Shown here piece by piece: positions 1 through 11,205 of a stretch of 64,000 bases of DNA. This DNA is from an uncultured delta proteobacterium. GTDB lineage: Bacteria > Myxococcota > Myxococcia > SLRQ01. The notes beneath the pieces are model-generated. The model was not told where the DNA came from, searched no databases, and saw nothing but the letters and a program-made list of their open reading frames with translations. The stretch is from positions 64,001 to 128,000 of the forward strand of contig CAVSGM010000003.1 of assembly GCA_963727485.1 (NCBI GenBank). Reading direction: 5' to 3'. How positions within the stretch are numbered: position 1 is the first letter of the stretch; each line of letters opens with the position of its first letter. A program made the translations under genes and the position numbers.

Positions 1-24
1 CGGGAGTTCGGCGTCGAGGCCTAG
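1..24 (+). CDS. 3' end of a gene truncated by the window start (…REFGVEA*)
   Basis: Frame 1 has GC3-biased codons ending in TAG at 22-24, convergent with the next gene. Confidence 0.4.
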   Translation, partial: REFGVEA

Positions 25-63
25 GCGGCGGCGCCGGGGTCCGATCGCGGGCGCGCGCGGGCC

Positions 64-540
64 TCACTCGAGGTAGCGGTGCGCACCGGCGACGTCCCGG
101 CCGGTGACGGTCAGCCGGCCGAGGACGATGGGCAGGGAGAAGCGCCTCGGCCCGCAGCTGCCGGGGTTGAAGTAGAGCACCCCGTCCTCGGTCTCCATCC
201 GCGGCTGGTGCGAGTGGCCGCAGACCACCACGTCGACGCCCTCGGCCGCCGGGTCGATCTCCAGGGCCTTCACGTCGTGGATGAGGTAGAGGCGCACCTC
301 GCCGACCTCCACCACCCGGGTGTCCGGGAGGCCTTCGGCCCAGGGCGATCCCACGTCGACGTTGCCCCGGATGGCGTGCACCGGGGCGATGGCGCCCAGG
401 GCCTCGAGGACCTCGGGCCCGCCGACGTCACCGGCGTGGACGATGAGGTCGACGCCGGCCAGCGCCTCGAGGGCCTGGGGGCGGACCAGGCCGTGGGTGT
501 CGGAGACCACGCCGACGGTGACGGTGGGGGGCTTCGTCAT
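64..540 (-). CDS. Metallophosphoesterase, YfcE/MJ0936 family
   Basis: Motifs SDTH, HAGD, RGNVD, GHSH and NPGS; start ATG at 540 (MTKPPTVTVGVVSDTH). Confidence 0.9.
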   Translation of the reverse strand: MTKPPTVTVGVVSDTHGLVRPQALEALAGVDLIVHAGDVGGPEVLEALGAIAPVHAIRGNVDVGSPWAEGLPDTRVVEVGEVRLYLIHDVKALEIDPAAEGVDVVVCGHSHQPRMETEDGVLYFNPGSCGPRRFSLPIVLGRLTVTGRDVAGAHRYLE

Positions 541-705
541 GGGGCGTGCCGATGATGCCAGGGTGGTGCACCCGATGCACGATCCCCGAGGCCCGGTCGC
601 GATCCTTGGCGCGGCGAGGGAGGGGCTTCCCGGCGGCGGCCGGGGTGCGAGGTGGCCCCGGGCGAGGCACGCGTCTTGCGTTCTACCGGTGCCGGGAGGT
701 GCGTC

Positions 706-1525
706 ATGCGCCGGTATCTCGTCCCCGCCCTCGTGCTCGCCGCCGTCCTCATGGGGTGTGGCCCGGTGGTGGTCGCCACCGAGACCCGCACCCGCACCGT
801 GGCCCCGGTCTGGAACTCGGCCCTGGTGGTGCGCACCGACAACGGCGCCATCGACCTCACCGCCAACCCCGGCGAGACCTCGGTGCGCATCCAGGCGACC
901 CTGGCCTGCGGCGGCCGCAGCACCGCCGAGGCCCAGGACCGCCTCGCCCGCGCCACCCTCACCGCCGTCCGTGACGCGGTGAACACCCTCACCGTCGCCG
1001 CCCGCTGCCCCGACCCGCCCCGGGCCGGGGACGGCGCCGACGTGAGCGTGCGCCTCCCCATCGTCTTCGGCGCCGATTCTTGCGACCTCCAACGGGCCGG
1101 TGGACGTCACCGGCACCGGCGGCCTGCTCACCGTGCGCACCTCCAACGGCGCGGTGTCGGTGGCCGGTCACGACGGCCCCGGGGACCTCGACACCTCGAA
1201 CGGCGCCATCACCGTGCAGCAGCAGCGCGGGCGCCTCCTGGCCCACACCAGCAACGGGCCCATCGACGTGGCGCTCACCGACGACGCCAGCGGGGCCCTC
1301 ACCCTCGACACCAGCAACGGGCGCATCGACGCCAGCGTGGGCCCGGCGTTCGCCGGGCGGGTGACCTTCGACACCTCCAACGGGTCGATCGTGGTGAGCG
1401 ATCCCTTCGGTCGGGTCACCGAGTCGAGCCTGGGATCGACCGCCGGCTACGTGATCGTCGACACCGGGGGCACCACCAGCCGGCTGACCACCAGCAACGG
1501 CAGCATCCGGCTCTCGATCCGCTAG
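706..1525 (+). CDS. Lipoprotein with DUF4097/adhesin-like beta-strand repeats; one apparent frameshift at 1075-1079
   Basis: Lipobox LMGC and repeated (L/D)xTSNGxI motifs. Removing one T from GATTC joins the two frames (ADLATSNGPVDV). Confidence 0.8.
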
Positions 1526-1558
1526 CCCCGGCGGCGTAGACTGTCCCGAGGAGGTGGG

Positions 1559-1969
1559 ATGGTCGACGAGGCGAAGAGACAGGCACTGATCCAGGCGCTG
1601 GCCCACGCGCCCGAGCCCCAGATGGTCCCCGTCGGGACCTTCTTCGACGGCAACGACGATCAGGGCTCCATCGGCTGCAACCTGAATCCGCACCCGGGCA
1701 TCGACACCTTCCGGCGGATCCTCACCGAGCTCACCGCCCGGGACGACGTGACCGCGGTCTACGCCTCCATCTCCGAGCTCGACCCGGGCTTCGGGTCCTG
1801 GCCCTTCACCGACGTGGTGGTGGTCGTGGGCAGTATCGCCCCGTCGGTCCTGGCGGGCCTGCTGGCGCCCCTTCAGCCCGATGAGGTCCTCGCCGGCGAG
1901 GAGCTCCACCTGCCCGGGGCGTTCCTCGCCGCCCAGACGGAGCCCGTCCTCGGCGCCTGGTGGGACTGA
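1559..1969 (+). CDS. Hypothetical protein
   Basis: RBS GAGGAGG upstream, good codon bias, and a conserved-looking FFDGNDDxGSIGCNLxxHPG segment. Confidence 0.75.
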   Translation: MVDEAKRQALIQALAHAPEPQMVPVGTFFDGNDDQGSIGCNLNPHPGIDTFRRILTELTARDDVTAVYASISELDPGFGSWPFTDVVVVVGSIAPSVLAGLLAPLQPDEVLAGEELHLPGAFLAAQTEPVLGAWWD

Positions 1970-1981
1970 CGGCGCCGGCCG

Positions 1982-3382
1982 CTACTTCGTGAGCCCGGCG
2001 AGCTCGTCGTAGAGCCACACCGCGCTGCGGGTGCCCTTCTTCCAGTCGTCGAGGTTGAGGGACTCGTTCTCCCCGTGGGCGTTGCACGGGGGATCCTCGA
2101 CGCCCATCAAGAGCGCCGGCACCCCGCCCAGCACCCGGGCGAAGGGATCGACGAAGGGGATGGAGCCCCCGCAGCCGATGTAGACCGCCTCGGTGTCGAA
2201 GCCCCGGGCCAGCGCCCGGCGGGCGGCGGCGAAGGCGGGGTGCGTGGTGTCGGTGATCCACCAGGTGGCCGTCGAGCCCCGGTCGATGTCGACCTTCAGG
2301 CCCCAGGGCACGTGGGTCTCGAAGTGCCTGGCCACCGCGTCCTGGACCTTCACCGGGTCCTGGTCGGGGACGAGCCGCAGGGAGATCCGCGCCCGGGCGC
2401 TCTCGATGATCTGGTTCGAGGAGCCCTCGAAGGGCCGCGCCTCCAGGGCGATGACCGCCACCGCCGGCTGGCGGAAGATCCGGCCCCACACCGGCATCTT
2501 TGGGTCGCCGGTGAGGGTCGCGCCCTCGACCAGCTGCACGTCCTTGCGGAACTGCGCCTCGTCGAAGGGCAGGGCGTCGAGCTCGGTGCGCTCGTCGGCG
2601 GTGAGCGCCCGCACGTCGTCGAAGACCCCGTCGATGGCGAGCTTGCCGTCGGCGTCGACCATCTCCCCGATGGCGCGGCACAGGGCGATGACCGGGTCGG
2701 GGACCGGGCCGCCGAACATCCCGCTGTGGATGGGGTGGTCGAGGCTGGTGACGGTGACGTCGAGGGCGGCGAGCCCCCGGAGGCTGGTGGTCAAAGACGG
2801 CAGCCCCGCCTCGAGGTTGGCGGTGTCGGTGAGGACGATGACGTCGGCGGCGAGCTTGTCCTGGTAGGTCTCCAGGAAGGCCTCGAGGCTCTGGGAGCCG
2901 GCCTCCTCCTCGCCCTCGACGATGAACTTCACGTTCACCGGGAGGGTGCCCGCGGCCTTCAGCCAGGCGTCGATGGCGGCCAGGTGCATCATCACCCCGG
3001 CCTTGTCGTCGACGGCGCCGCGGCCGTAGAGGCGGCCGTCGGCGCGCAGGGTGGGCTCGAAGGCCGGGGTCTTCCACTTCTCCGGGCGCCCCGGGGGCTG
3101 GACGTCGTGGTGGCCGTAGAGGAGCACCGTGGGCGCGCCGTCTGCGTGGAGCCACTCGCCGTAGGCGTAGGGGTGGCCGCCGGGGAAGGCGATGACCTCG
3201 CAGCGCTCGAGGCCCACCTGCTCCATCACCTGCTTCACCGCCACCGCGCTCCGGGCGACCTCGGCGTCCGGGGGCGGATTGGCGGAGACCCCGGGGATGC
3301 GCACCAGGGTCTCGAGGTCGCGCTGGTAGTCGTCGAAGTGGGCGTCGAGGTGGGCGAGGGCGGCATGGATGGCGTCGGACAT
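1982..3382 (-). CDS. M20/M25/M40 family metallo-dipeptidase
   Basis: YGHHDVQP, GRGAVDDK, EGEEEAGS, HSG and C-terminal NAHGENE motifs. Confidence 0.92.
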   Translation of the reverse strand: MSDAIHAALAHLDAHFDDYQRDLETLVRIPGVSANPPPDAEVARSAVAVKQVMEQVGLERCEVIAFPGGHPYAYGEWLHADGAPTVLLYGHHDVQPPGRPEKWKTPAFEPTLRADGRLYGRGAVDDKAGVMMHLAAIDAWLKAAGTLPVNVKFIVEGEEEAGSQSLEAFLETYQDKLAADVIVLTDTANLEAGLPSLTTSLRGLAALDVTVTSLDHPIHSGMFGGPVPDPVIALCRAIGEMVDADGKLAIDGVFDDVRALTADERTELDALPFDEAQFRKDVQLVEGATLTGDPKMPVWGRIFRQPAVAVIALEARPFEGSSNQIIESARARISLRLVPDQDPVKVQDAVARHFETHVPWGLKVDIDRGSTATWWITDTTHPAFAAARRALARGFDTEAVYIGCGGSIPFVDPFARVLGGVPALLMGVEDPPCNAHGENESLNLDDWKKGTRSAVWLYDELAGLTK

Positions 3383-3458
3383 GGCCCCGATCTGCCACGA
3401 ATCGGAACAGAGTGCACGGGTCGCGGCGCCGCCGCCGGCGTGCTATCGGATCGGCCCC

Positions 3459-4520
3459 ATGGAGCTCACCGACCGCCTCGCCGATCTCACCCTCGACCTG
3501 TGCCGCATCGACAGCGTCTACGGCCACGAGGGGCCGCTCGCCGACCACATGACCGACCTGGGCCAGGGCCCACTTCCCCGAGGGCCAGGTGCGCCGGGTG
3601 GGCAACGCCCTGGTGGCCGGGGACCTCTCGGCCACCGGCAAGCCGGTGGTGGCCCTGGTGGGCCACCTGGACACGGTGCCCGGCCACGAGGACGACGCGC
3701 CGGCGCGCCGGGAGGGCGACCTCGTCTACGGCCTCGGGGCCAGCGACATGAAGGGCGGGGTGGCGGTGGCCATGGCGCTCGCCGAGGACCTCGATCTCGC
3801 GGCGCTCCCGGTGACCGTGTGGCTCATCTTCTACGACAAGGAGGAGGGCCCCCACGAGGACAGCGGGCTGGGGCCCCTGATGGCCCAGGTCCCCGAGCTC
3901 TCCCGCATCGACCTCGCCATCGTCATGGAGCCCACCGACGACGTGGTGCAGGTGGGGTGCGTGGGCTCGGTCCACGCGACGATCACCTTCCAGGGCCGGC
4001 GGGCCCACGCGGCGCGGCCCTGGCACGGGGAGAACGCCATCACCAAGGCCGGCAGGCTCCTCGCCGAGCTCCACACCCGGGCGCCCAAGGAGGTCGAGGT
4101 CGGCGGCCACGTGTTCCGGGAGGTGATGACGGTGACCACCTGCGAGGGTGGCCGCTACCGCAACGTGGTCCCCGACCGGATGGCCCTCAATCTCAACTAC
4201 CGCTTCGCCCCCGGGCGCACGGTGGACGAGGCGCGCGCCGACGTGGAGGCGCTGGTCGGAGGCGAGGCCACCATCGCGTACGTGGACCTGGCGCCCGAGC
4301 GGCACGGTCCCCGCCGGGAGCCCCCTCTACGAGAAGCTCCTCGCCGTCACCGGTCTTTCCGTCGAGCCCAAGCAGGCGTGGACCGACGTGGCGCGGCTGG
4401 CCGAGGCGGGGATCGACGCGGTGAACCTGGGGCCGGGGCTCACCGCCCAGGCGCACCAGCAAGGCGAGCACTGCGAGGCCCCGCGGCTCACCGAGTGCTA
4501 CCAGGCCCTGGCGCGCTTCC

Positions 4521-4534
<14 letters not shown>
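3459..4534 (+). CDS. dapE: Succinyl-diaminopimelate desuccinylase (DapE-like, M20A); two apparent +1 frameshifts at about 3557 and 4295
   Basis: [41 protein letters not shown] and GPG..AQAH motifs spread over three frames. Confidence 0.8.
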
Positions 4535-5410
<876 letters not shown>

Positions 5411-5414
<4 letters not shown>

Positions 5415-5734
5415 GCCGTCAGCCCCGCGACCAGCTGCTGGAGCTGGCGCACCGCCGCGGGCTCCACGCAGTAGCACACCCGGGGGCCGGCGATCTCCCC
5501 GCGGACGAGGCCCGCCTCCTTGAGCTTCTTGAGGTGCTGGGAGACGGTGGACTGGGCCAGCGGCAGCGCGTCGACGATCTCCCCGCAGACGCAGGCGTCC
5601 CGGCCCAGGAGCAGCCGGAGGATGGCGACCCGGGCGGGGTGGCCCAGGGCCTTGGCGAGGCTCGCCAGGGTGTCGTTGGCCGCGGCCTCGTCGGCGGGGG
5701 GAGGCGTGGGGGCGGTGGCGTCGCAGCAGCTCAT
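5411..5734 (-). CDS. arsR: ArsR/SmtB transcriptional repressor
   Basis: [22 protein letters not shown] and N-terminal CC; overlaps the arsC start (ATGA). Confidence 0.9.
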
Positions 5735-5761
5735 GGGGTGGGCTCCCGGGGGTTCATCGGT

Positions 5762-5779
5762 AATCGTAGATATACGATT
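5762..5779. promoter_or_regulatory. Probable ArsR operator (AT-rich palindrome)
   Basis: AATCGTA-GATA-TACGATT inverted repeat about 28 bp upstream of the arsR start. Confidence 0.7.
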
Positions 5780-5824
5780 TGACGGGCCCCGCCACAACTG
5801 GGGAGATGCCACCGCGCCGCGCGC

Positions 5825-6120
5825 CTAGTGCTTGAAGCCCACCGGCGGCGGGGCCACGCCCATGTCCACCACCCCGTGCTGGGCCTCGTACTTGGCGAGG
5901 TTCTCCTGCATCGCCGCCACCAGGCGCTTCATGTGCCTGGGCGAGGTGATGACCCGGCTGCGCACCGAGGCCTGGGGGGCCTGGGGCTGGACCCAGATGA
6001 AGTCGAGGATGAACTCGGCGTCGGTGTGGTCGACCATGGCCATGTTGGCGTAGACGCCCTGGGCCATCTCCTCGTCGAGCTTGATCTGGATCTGGACCTG
6101 GCCCTGCTGCTTGTCGTCGC

Positions 6121-6124
<4 letters not shown>
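5825..6124 (-). CDS. DUF3467 family protein
   Basis: AQGVYAN...HTDAEFILDF...VRSRVITSPRHMKRL; start overlaps the glpK stop. Confidence 0.85.
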
Positions 6125-7602
<1,478 letters not shown>

Positions 7603-7700
7603 GAACGCCCTCCTCAAGCGGGCTCGCGGCGAGGGGCCGCGCGCCTTCGTGGGGCGAACCTAGCGCAGATCCCGGCGGGCGTCAGGGGCCGCGCCGTCCG

Positions 7701-8093
7701 TCAGGCCGCGCCGCCGCCCTCGGCCAGCCGGCTGGCGACGAGCTCCTCGATGAACTTGCGGCTCTCGTCGTCGAAGCTCTCGAACTCGATGCCCATCCCC
7801 GCCTCGCCCGCGCCCCCGGCCTCGTTCACGTGGACCACGCGCCCGAGCCCCTCGATGAGGCTGCTGCCATCCTTGAGGGCGAACTGCAGGTAGATTCGCG
7901 AGCCCACCGGCCGGGGGTCCTTGGTCCGGATGAACATCCCCCCGAGGCTGATGTCGGCGCTGTACTCCGACATGAAGTCCTCGAAGGTGTCGAGGCGGTA
8001 CTGCACCAGAAGCGAGAGCCGGGCCCGGGGGTGCCGGCGCTGGTCGGATCCGCCAGCCTCGCTCGCGGGGGGGTCGGTCTCGGTGTGGCCCAT
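7701..8093 (-). CDS. PilZ-domain protein (myxobacterial TIGR02266-like)
   Basis: RRHPR and DISLGGMFI c-di-GMP motifs, plus GMGIEF. Confidence 0.85.
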   Translation of the reverse strand: MGHTETDPPASEAGGSDQRRHPRARLSLLVQYRLDTFEDFMSEYSADISLGGMFIRTKDPRPVGSRIYLQFALKDGSSLIEGLGRVVHVNEAGGAGEAGMGIEFESFDDESRKFIEELVASRLAEGGGAA

Positions 8094-8148
8094 GGGAACC
8101 AAGAGCCTAGGCCTCCCACGGCCATGGGATCAATCCCCGAGCGGCGGA

Positions 8149-9525
8149 TCACGCGTCCGCGAGCGTCGCCTCCAGGGCCTCCTCCAGGGTCTTCACCCCG
8201 CGGACCAGGATTGGCGCCTCGCCCACCAGCCGCGCCCGGTTGCCCTCGGGGACCACCGCCACGGTGAAGCCCATCTTGGCGGCCTCGGCGAGGCGCGCCT
8301 CGACCTGGCTCACCGCCCGCACCTCCCCGGCGAGGCCCACCTCGCCGAGCACCACGATGCCGGGGTCCACCGGGCGGTTCCGCAGGCTGGAGAGCACCGC
8401 CACCGCCACCGGGAGATCCGCCGCCGGCTCCTCGAGGGCGAGGCCCCCGGCGACGTTCACGAAGATGTCCTGGTCGAACAACGTCAGCCCCAGGCGCTTC
8501 TCGAGCACCGCCGCCAGCAGCGACAGGCGCGTCCCCTCGACGCCGATGGCCGTCCGCCTGGCCGAGCCGCCGCTGACCCCCTGGGTCACCAGCGCCTGGA
8601 TCTCCACCAGCACCGGCCGCGACCCGCTCACCGACGCCGCCACCACCGACCCCGAGGCCTTCTCCGGCCGCTCGGCGAGGAAGATCGCCGAGGGGTCCGG
8701 GACCTCGACCAGGCCCGCCTTCTGCATCTCGAACACGCCGATCTCGGCCACCGACCCGAAGCGGTTCTTGTGGGCCCGGAGCACCCGGTAGGCGTGGGAC
8801 CGGTCGCCCTCGAAGTAGAGGACCGTGTCGACCATGTGCTCGAGCACCCGGGGCCCGGCGATGGACCCCTCCTTGGTGACGTGGCCCACCAGGAAGGTGG
8901 GCGTCCCGGTGCGCTTGGCGAAGCCGAGGAGCAGGCCGGTGAGCTCGCGGACCTGCACCACCGAGCCCGGCGCCGAGCCCACCTCGGGGACGTGGAGGGT
9001 CTGGATGGAGTCGATGACGAGCGCCGCGGGCTTCATCTTGCCGGCCTCGGCCAGCACCCGGTCGCCGTCGGTCTCGGCGAGCAGATGCAGGGCCTCGGCG
9101 TCGATGCCGAGCCGCCCGGCGCGCAGGCGGATCTGCGCCAGGCTCTCCTCACCGCTCACGTAGAGCACCGGCCCCAGGCCGCAGAGGCGCGCGGCGGCCA
9201 TGAGCATCAGGGTGGACTTGCCGATCCCCGGATCGCCGCCGATGAGCACCAGGGACCCGGGCACCACCCCGCCCCCCAGCACCCGGTCGAGCTCGGCGAT
9301 GCCCGTGGGCCGCCTCGGCGCGTCGTCGGTGCCCACCTCGCGCAGCGGCACCGGCCGGCCGCCCACCCCCGGGGTCCGCCGGGCCCGGGCCGCCGACGCC
9401 GGGGGCGCCACCGTCTCCTCGACCAGCGTGCTCCAGCCCCCGCACCCCGGGCACTTGCCCAGCCACTTCGCCTCGCTGTGCCCGCACTCGGTGCAGGTGA
9501 ATACCTGCCGCGCCTTCTTCGTCAT
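8149..9525 (-). CDS. radA: DNA repair protein RadA/Sms
   Basis: C4 zinc finger, GDPGIGKST, KNRFG and a Lon-like C-terminus. Confidence 0.97.
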   Translation of the reverse strand: MTKKARQVFTCTECGHSEAKWLGKCPGCGGWSTLVEETVAPPASAARARRTPGVGGRPVPLREVGTDDAPRRPTGIAELDRVLGGGVVPGSLVLIGGDPGIGKSTLMLMAAARLCGLGPVLYVSGEESLAQIRLRAGRLGIDAEALHLLAETDGDRVLAEAGKMKPAALVIDSIQTLHVPEVGSAPGSVVQVRELTGLLLGFAKRTGTPTFLVGHVTKEGSIAGPRVLEHMVDTVLYFEGDRSHAYRVLRAHKNRFGSVAEIGVFEMQKAGLVEVPDPSAIFLAERPEKASGSVVAASVSGSRPVLVEIQALVTQGVSGGSARRTAIGVEGTRLSLLAAVLEKRLGLTLFDQDIFVNVAGGLALEEPAADLPVAVAVLSSLRNRPVDPGIVVLGEVGLAGEVRAVSQVEARLAEAAKMGFTVAVVPEGNRARLVGEAPILVRGVKTLEEALEATLADA

Positions 9526-9598
9526 GGTCCGGCAACCTAACACCGGGGGGCGACAGGCGGGGCGCCTCCGATATGATGTCCCCAACCTGGGAGGACCC

Positions 9599-10285
9599 AT
9601 GCGTGCCCGCCTCGTCGTCGCCCTCGCCGTCATCGCCACCGCCGCCGGCTGCTACCACAACCCGCTCCCCGACTACGCCCCGCGCATCCGCTCCATGACC
9701 GTGCGCATCGCCGTCCCCCAGCGGCCCTACGTGCAGGTGGACGCCGGGGTCCACCACGGGGGCCTCCTCGGCGCCGCGGAGATGGTGGCCACCGGGGTCT
9801 CGGTGGGGGTCACCGCCGGGGTGCGCACCAAGCTCCTCGCCGCCGTCCCCGCCAAGCGGGTCCAGGGCGCGGTGGAGCAGGCCTTCCACGGGCCGATGGC
9901 CGGGAGCCTGCCGTTCCCCATCGCCAAGGGGCCCGGCGACCAGCCCACCGCCCGCCTCGAGGTCACCGTCACCGGCTACGGCATCTACGCCGGCGACAAC
10001 GGGGCCGACGCGGTCTACACCTTCTACACCCACGCAAGGCTCATCTACCTCCCCGAGGCCAAGATCCTCTGGGAGGACGGCACCCGCGCCCAGGTGCCGG
10101 TGACCTGGGATCCCGGGACCGACACCACCATCCCCACCACGAGCCGCACCGGCGCCCAGGTGGCGAACCTCGCCGTCCTCGGGAGCGTGGACCAGAAGCG
10201 CCTGCAGAAGGTCTTCGACGTCCTCGCCCACGACGCCGCCCAGGTCCTCGTCCGGGACCTCGGCGGCGCCTCGGCTCGCCATTGA
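9599..10285 (+). CDS. Hypothetical lipoprotein
   Basis: RBS GGAGG and signal peptide with lipobox AAGC. Confidence 0.75.
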   Translation: MRARLVVALAVIATAAGCYHNPLPDYAPRIRSMTVRIAVPQRPYVQVDAGVHHGGLLGAAEMVATGVSVGVTAGVRTKLLAAVPAKRVQGAVEQAFHGPMAGSLPFPIAKGPGDQPTARLEVTVTGYGIYAGDNGADAVYTFYTHARLIYLPEAKILWEDGTRAQVPVTWDPGTDTTIPTTSRTGAQVANLAVLGSVDQKRLQKVFDVLAHDAAQVLVRDLGGASARH

Positions 10286-11205
10286 GCCGGCGCACCGGCG
10301 AGCGCCCCGTCCCCCACCCGGCCCAGCGACCCGGCGGGAGCCCCAGCGGCGTCCTGCCCATCGTCCGGGTGGGGAGCCTCGGGTGGACCACCCGCGACGT
10401 CTACGCCCGGCTCCTCCGGGCGAGGTGGCGGGTGCTCCTCGGCGTCCTCGCCGCCGGCTACCTCGCGGTCAACGCCGCCTTCGCCGGCCTCTACCTCCTC
10501 GCCGGTCACCTGGCCCACGGGAGCGTCATCGGCGGCGCCCGCCCCGGGAGCTTCGCCGACGCCTTCGCCTTCAGCGTCCAGACCGTGAGCACCATCGGCT
10601 ACGGGGCGCTGACCCCGAGGGGCCACCTGGGCAACGGCCTCGCCGCCACCGAGGCCTTCGTGGGCCTGCTCTCCTTCGCCCTCATCGCCGGGGTGGTCTT
10701 CGCCAAGTTCGCCCGGCCCTCGGCCGGTCTCCTCTTCAGCGACAAGGCGGTCGTCGCCCCCCGGGACGGCGTCCCCTGCCTGATGCTCCGCATCGCCAAC
10801 GCCCGGGGGAGCGAGGTGGTCGAGGCCCGGGTGCGCGTCACCGTCCTCGTCCGGGAGCAGACCGCCGAGGGCCACCGCCTCACCCGCCTCCACGACCTCA
10901 AGCTGGTCCGGGACACCACCCCGCTGCTGATCATGAGCTGGCTGGTCATCCACCCCATCGACGCCGACAGCCCCCTCCACGGCCTCACCGAGGCGCAGGC
11001 GCGCCAGGAGGGGCTGCGCCTGGTGGTCAGCCTCACCGGCCTCGACGGCCTCTTCCACCAGACCACCTACGCCTACGCCCAGTACGGCGCCGACCACATC
11101 CACTTCGACCACGACTTCGAGGACATGATGAGCCTCCTCGACGACGGCCGGATGCAGCTCGACCTCTCGCGCTTCCACGAGATCAAGCCGGTCTCCCCGG
11201 CCTGA
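10282..11205 (+). CDS. Inward-rectifier K+ channel (KirBac family)
   Basis: FSVQTVSTIGYG filter, FAKFARP and MLRIANAR cytoplasmic domain; TTG start overlaps the upstream stop. Confidence 0.9.
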   Translation: MSRRTGERPVPHPAQRPGGSPSGVLPIVRVGSLGWTTRDVYARLLRARWRVLLGVLAAGYLAVNAAFAGLYLLAGHLAHGSVIGGARPGSFADAFAFSVQTVSTIGYGALTPRGHLGNGLAATEAFVGLLSFALIAGVVFAKFARPSAGLLFSDKAVVAPRDGVPCLMLRIANARGSEVVEARVRVTVLVREQTAEGHRLTRLHDLKLVRDTTPLLIMSWLVIHPIDADSPLHGLTEAQARQEGLRLVVSLTGLDGLFHQTTYAYAQYGADHIHFDHDFEDMMSLLDDGRMQLDLSRFHEIKPVSPA

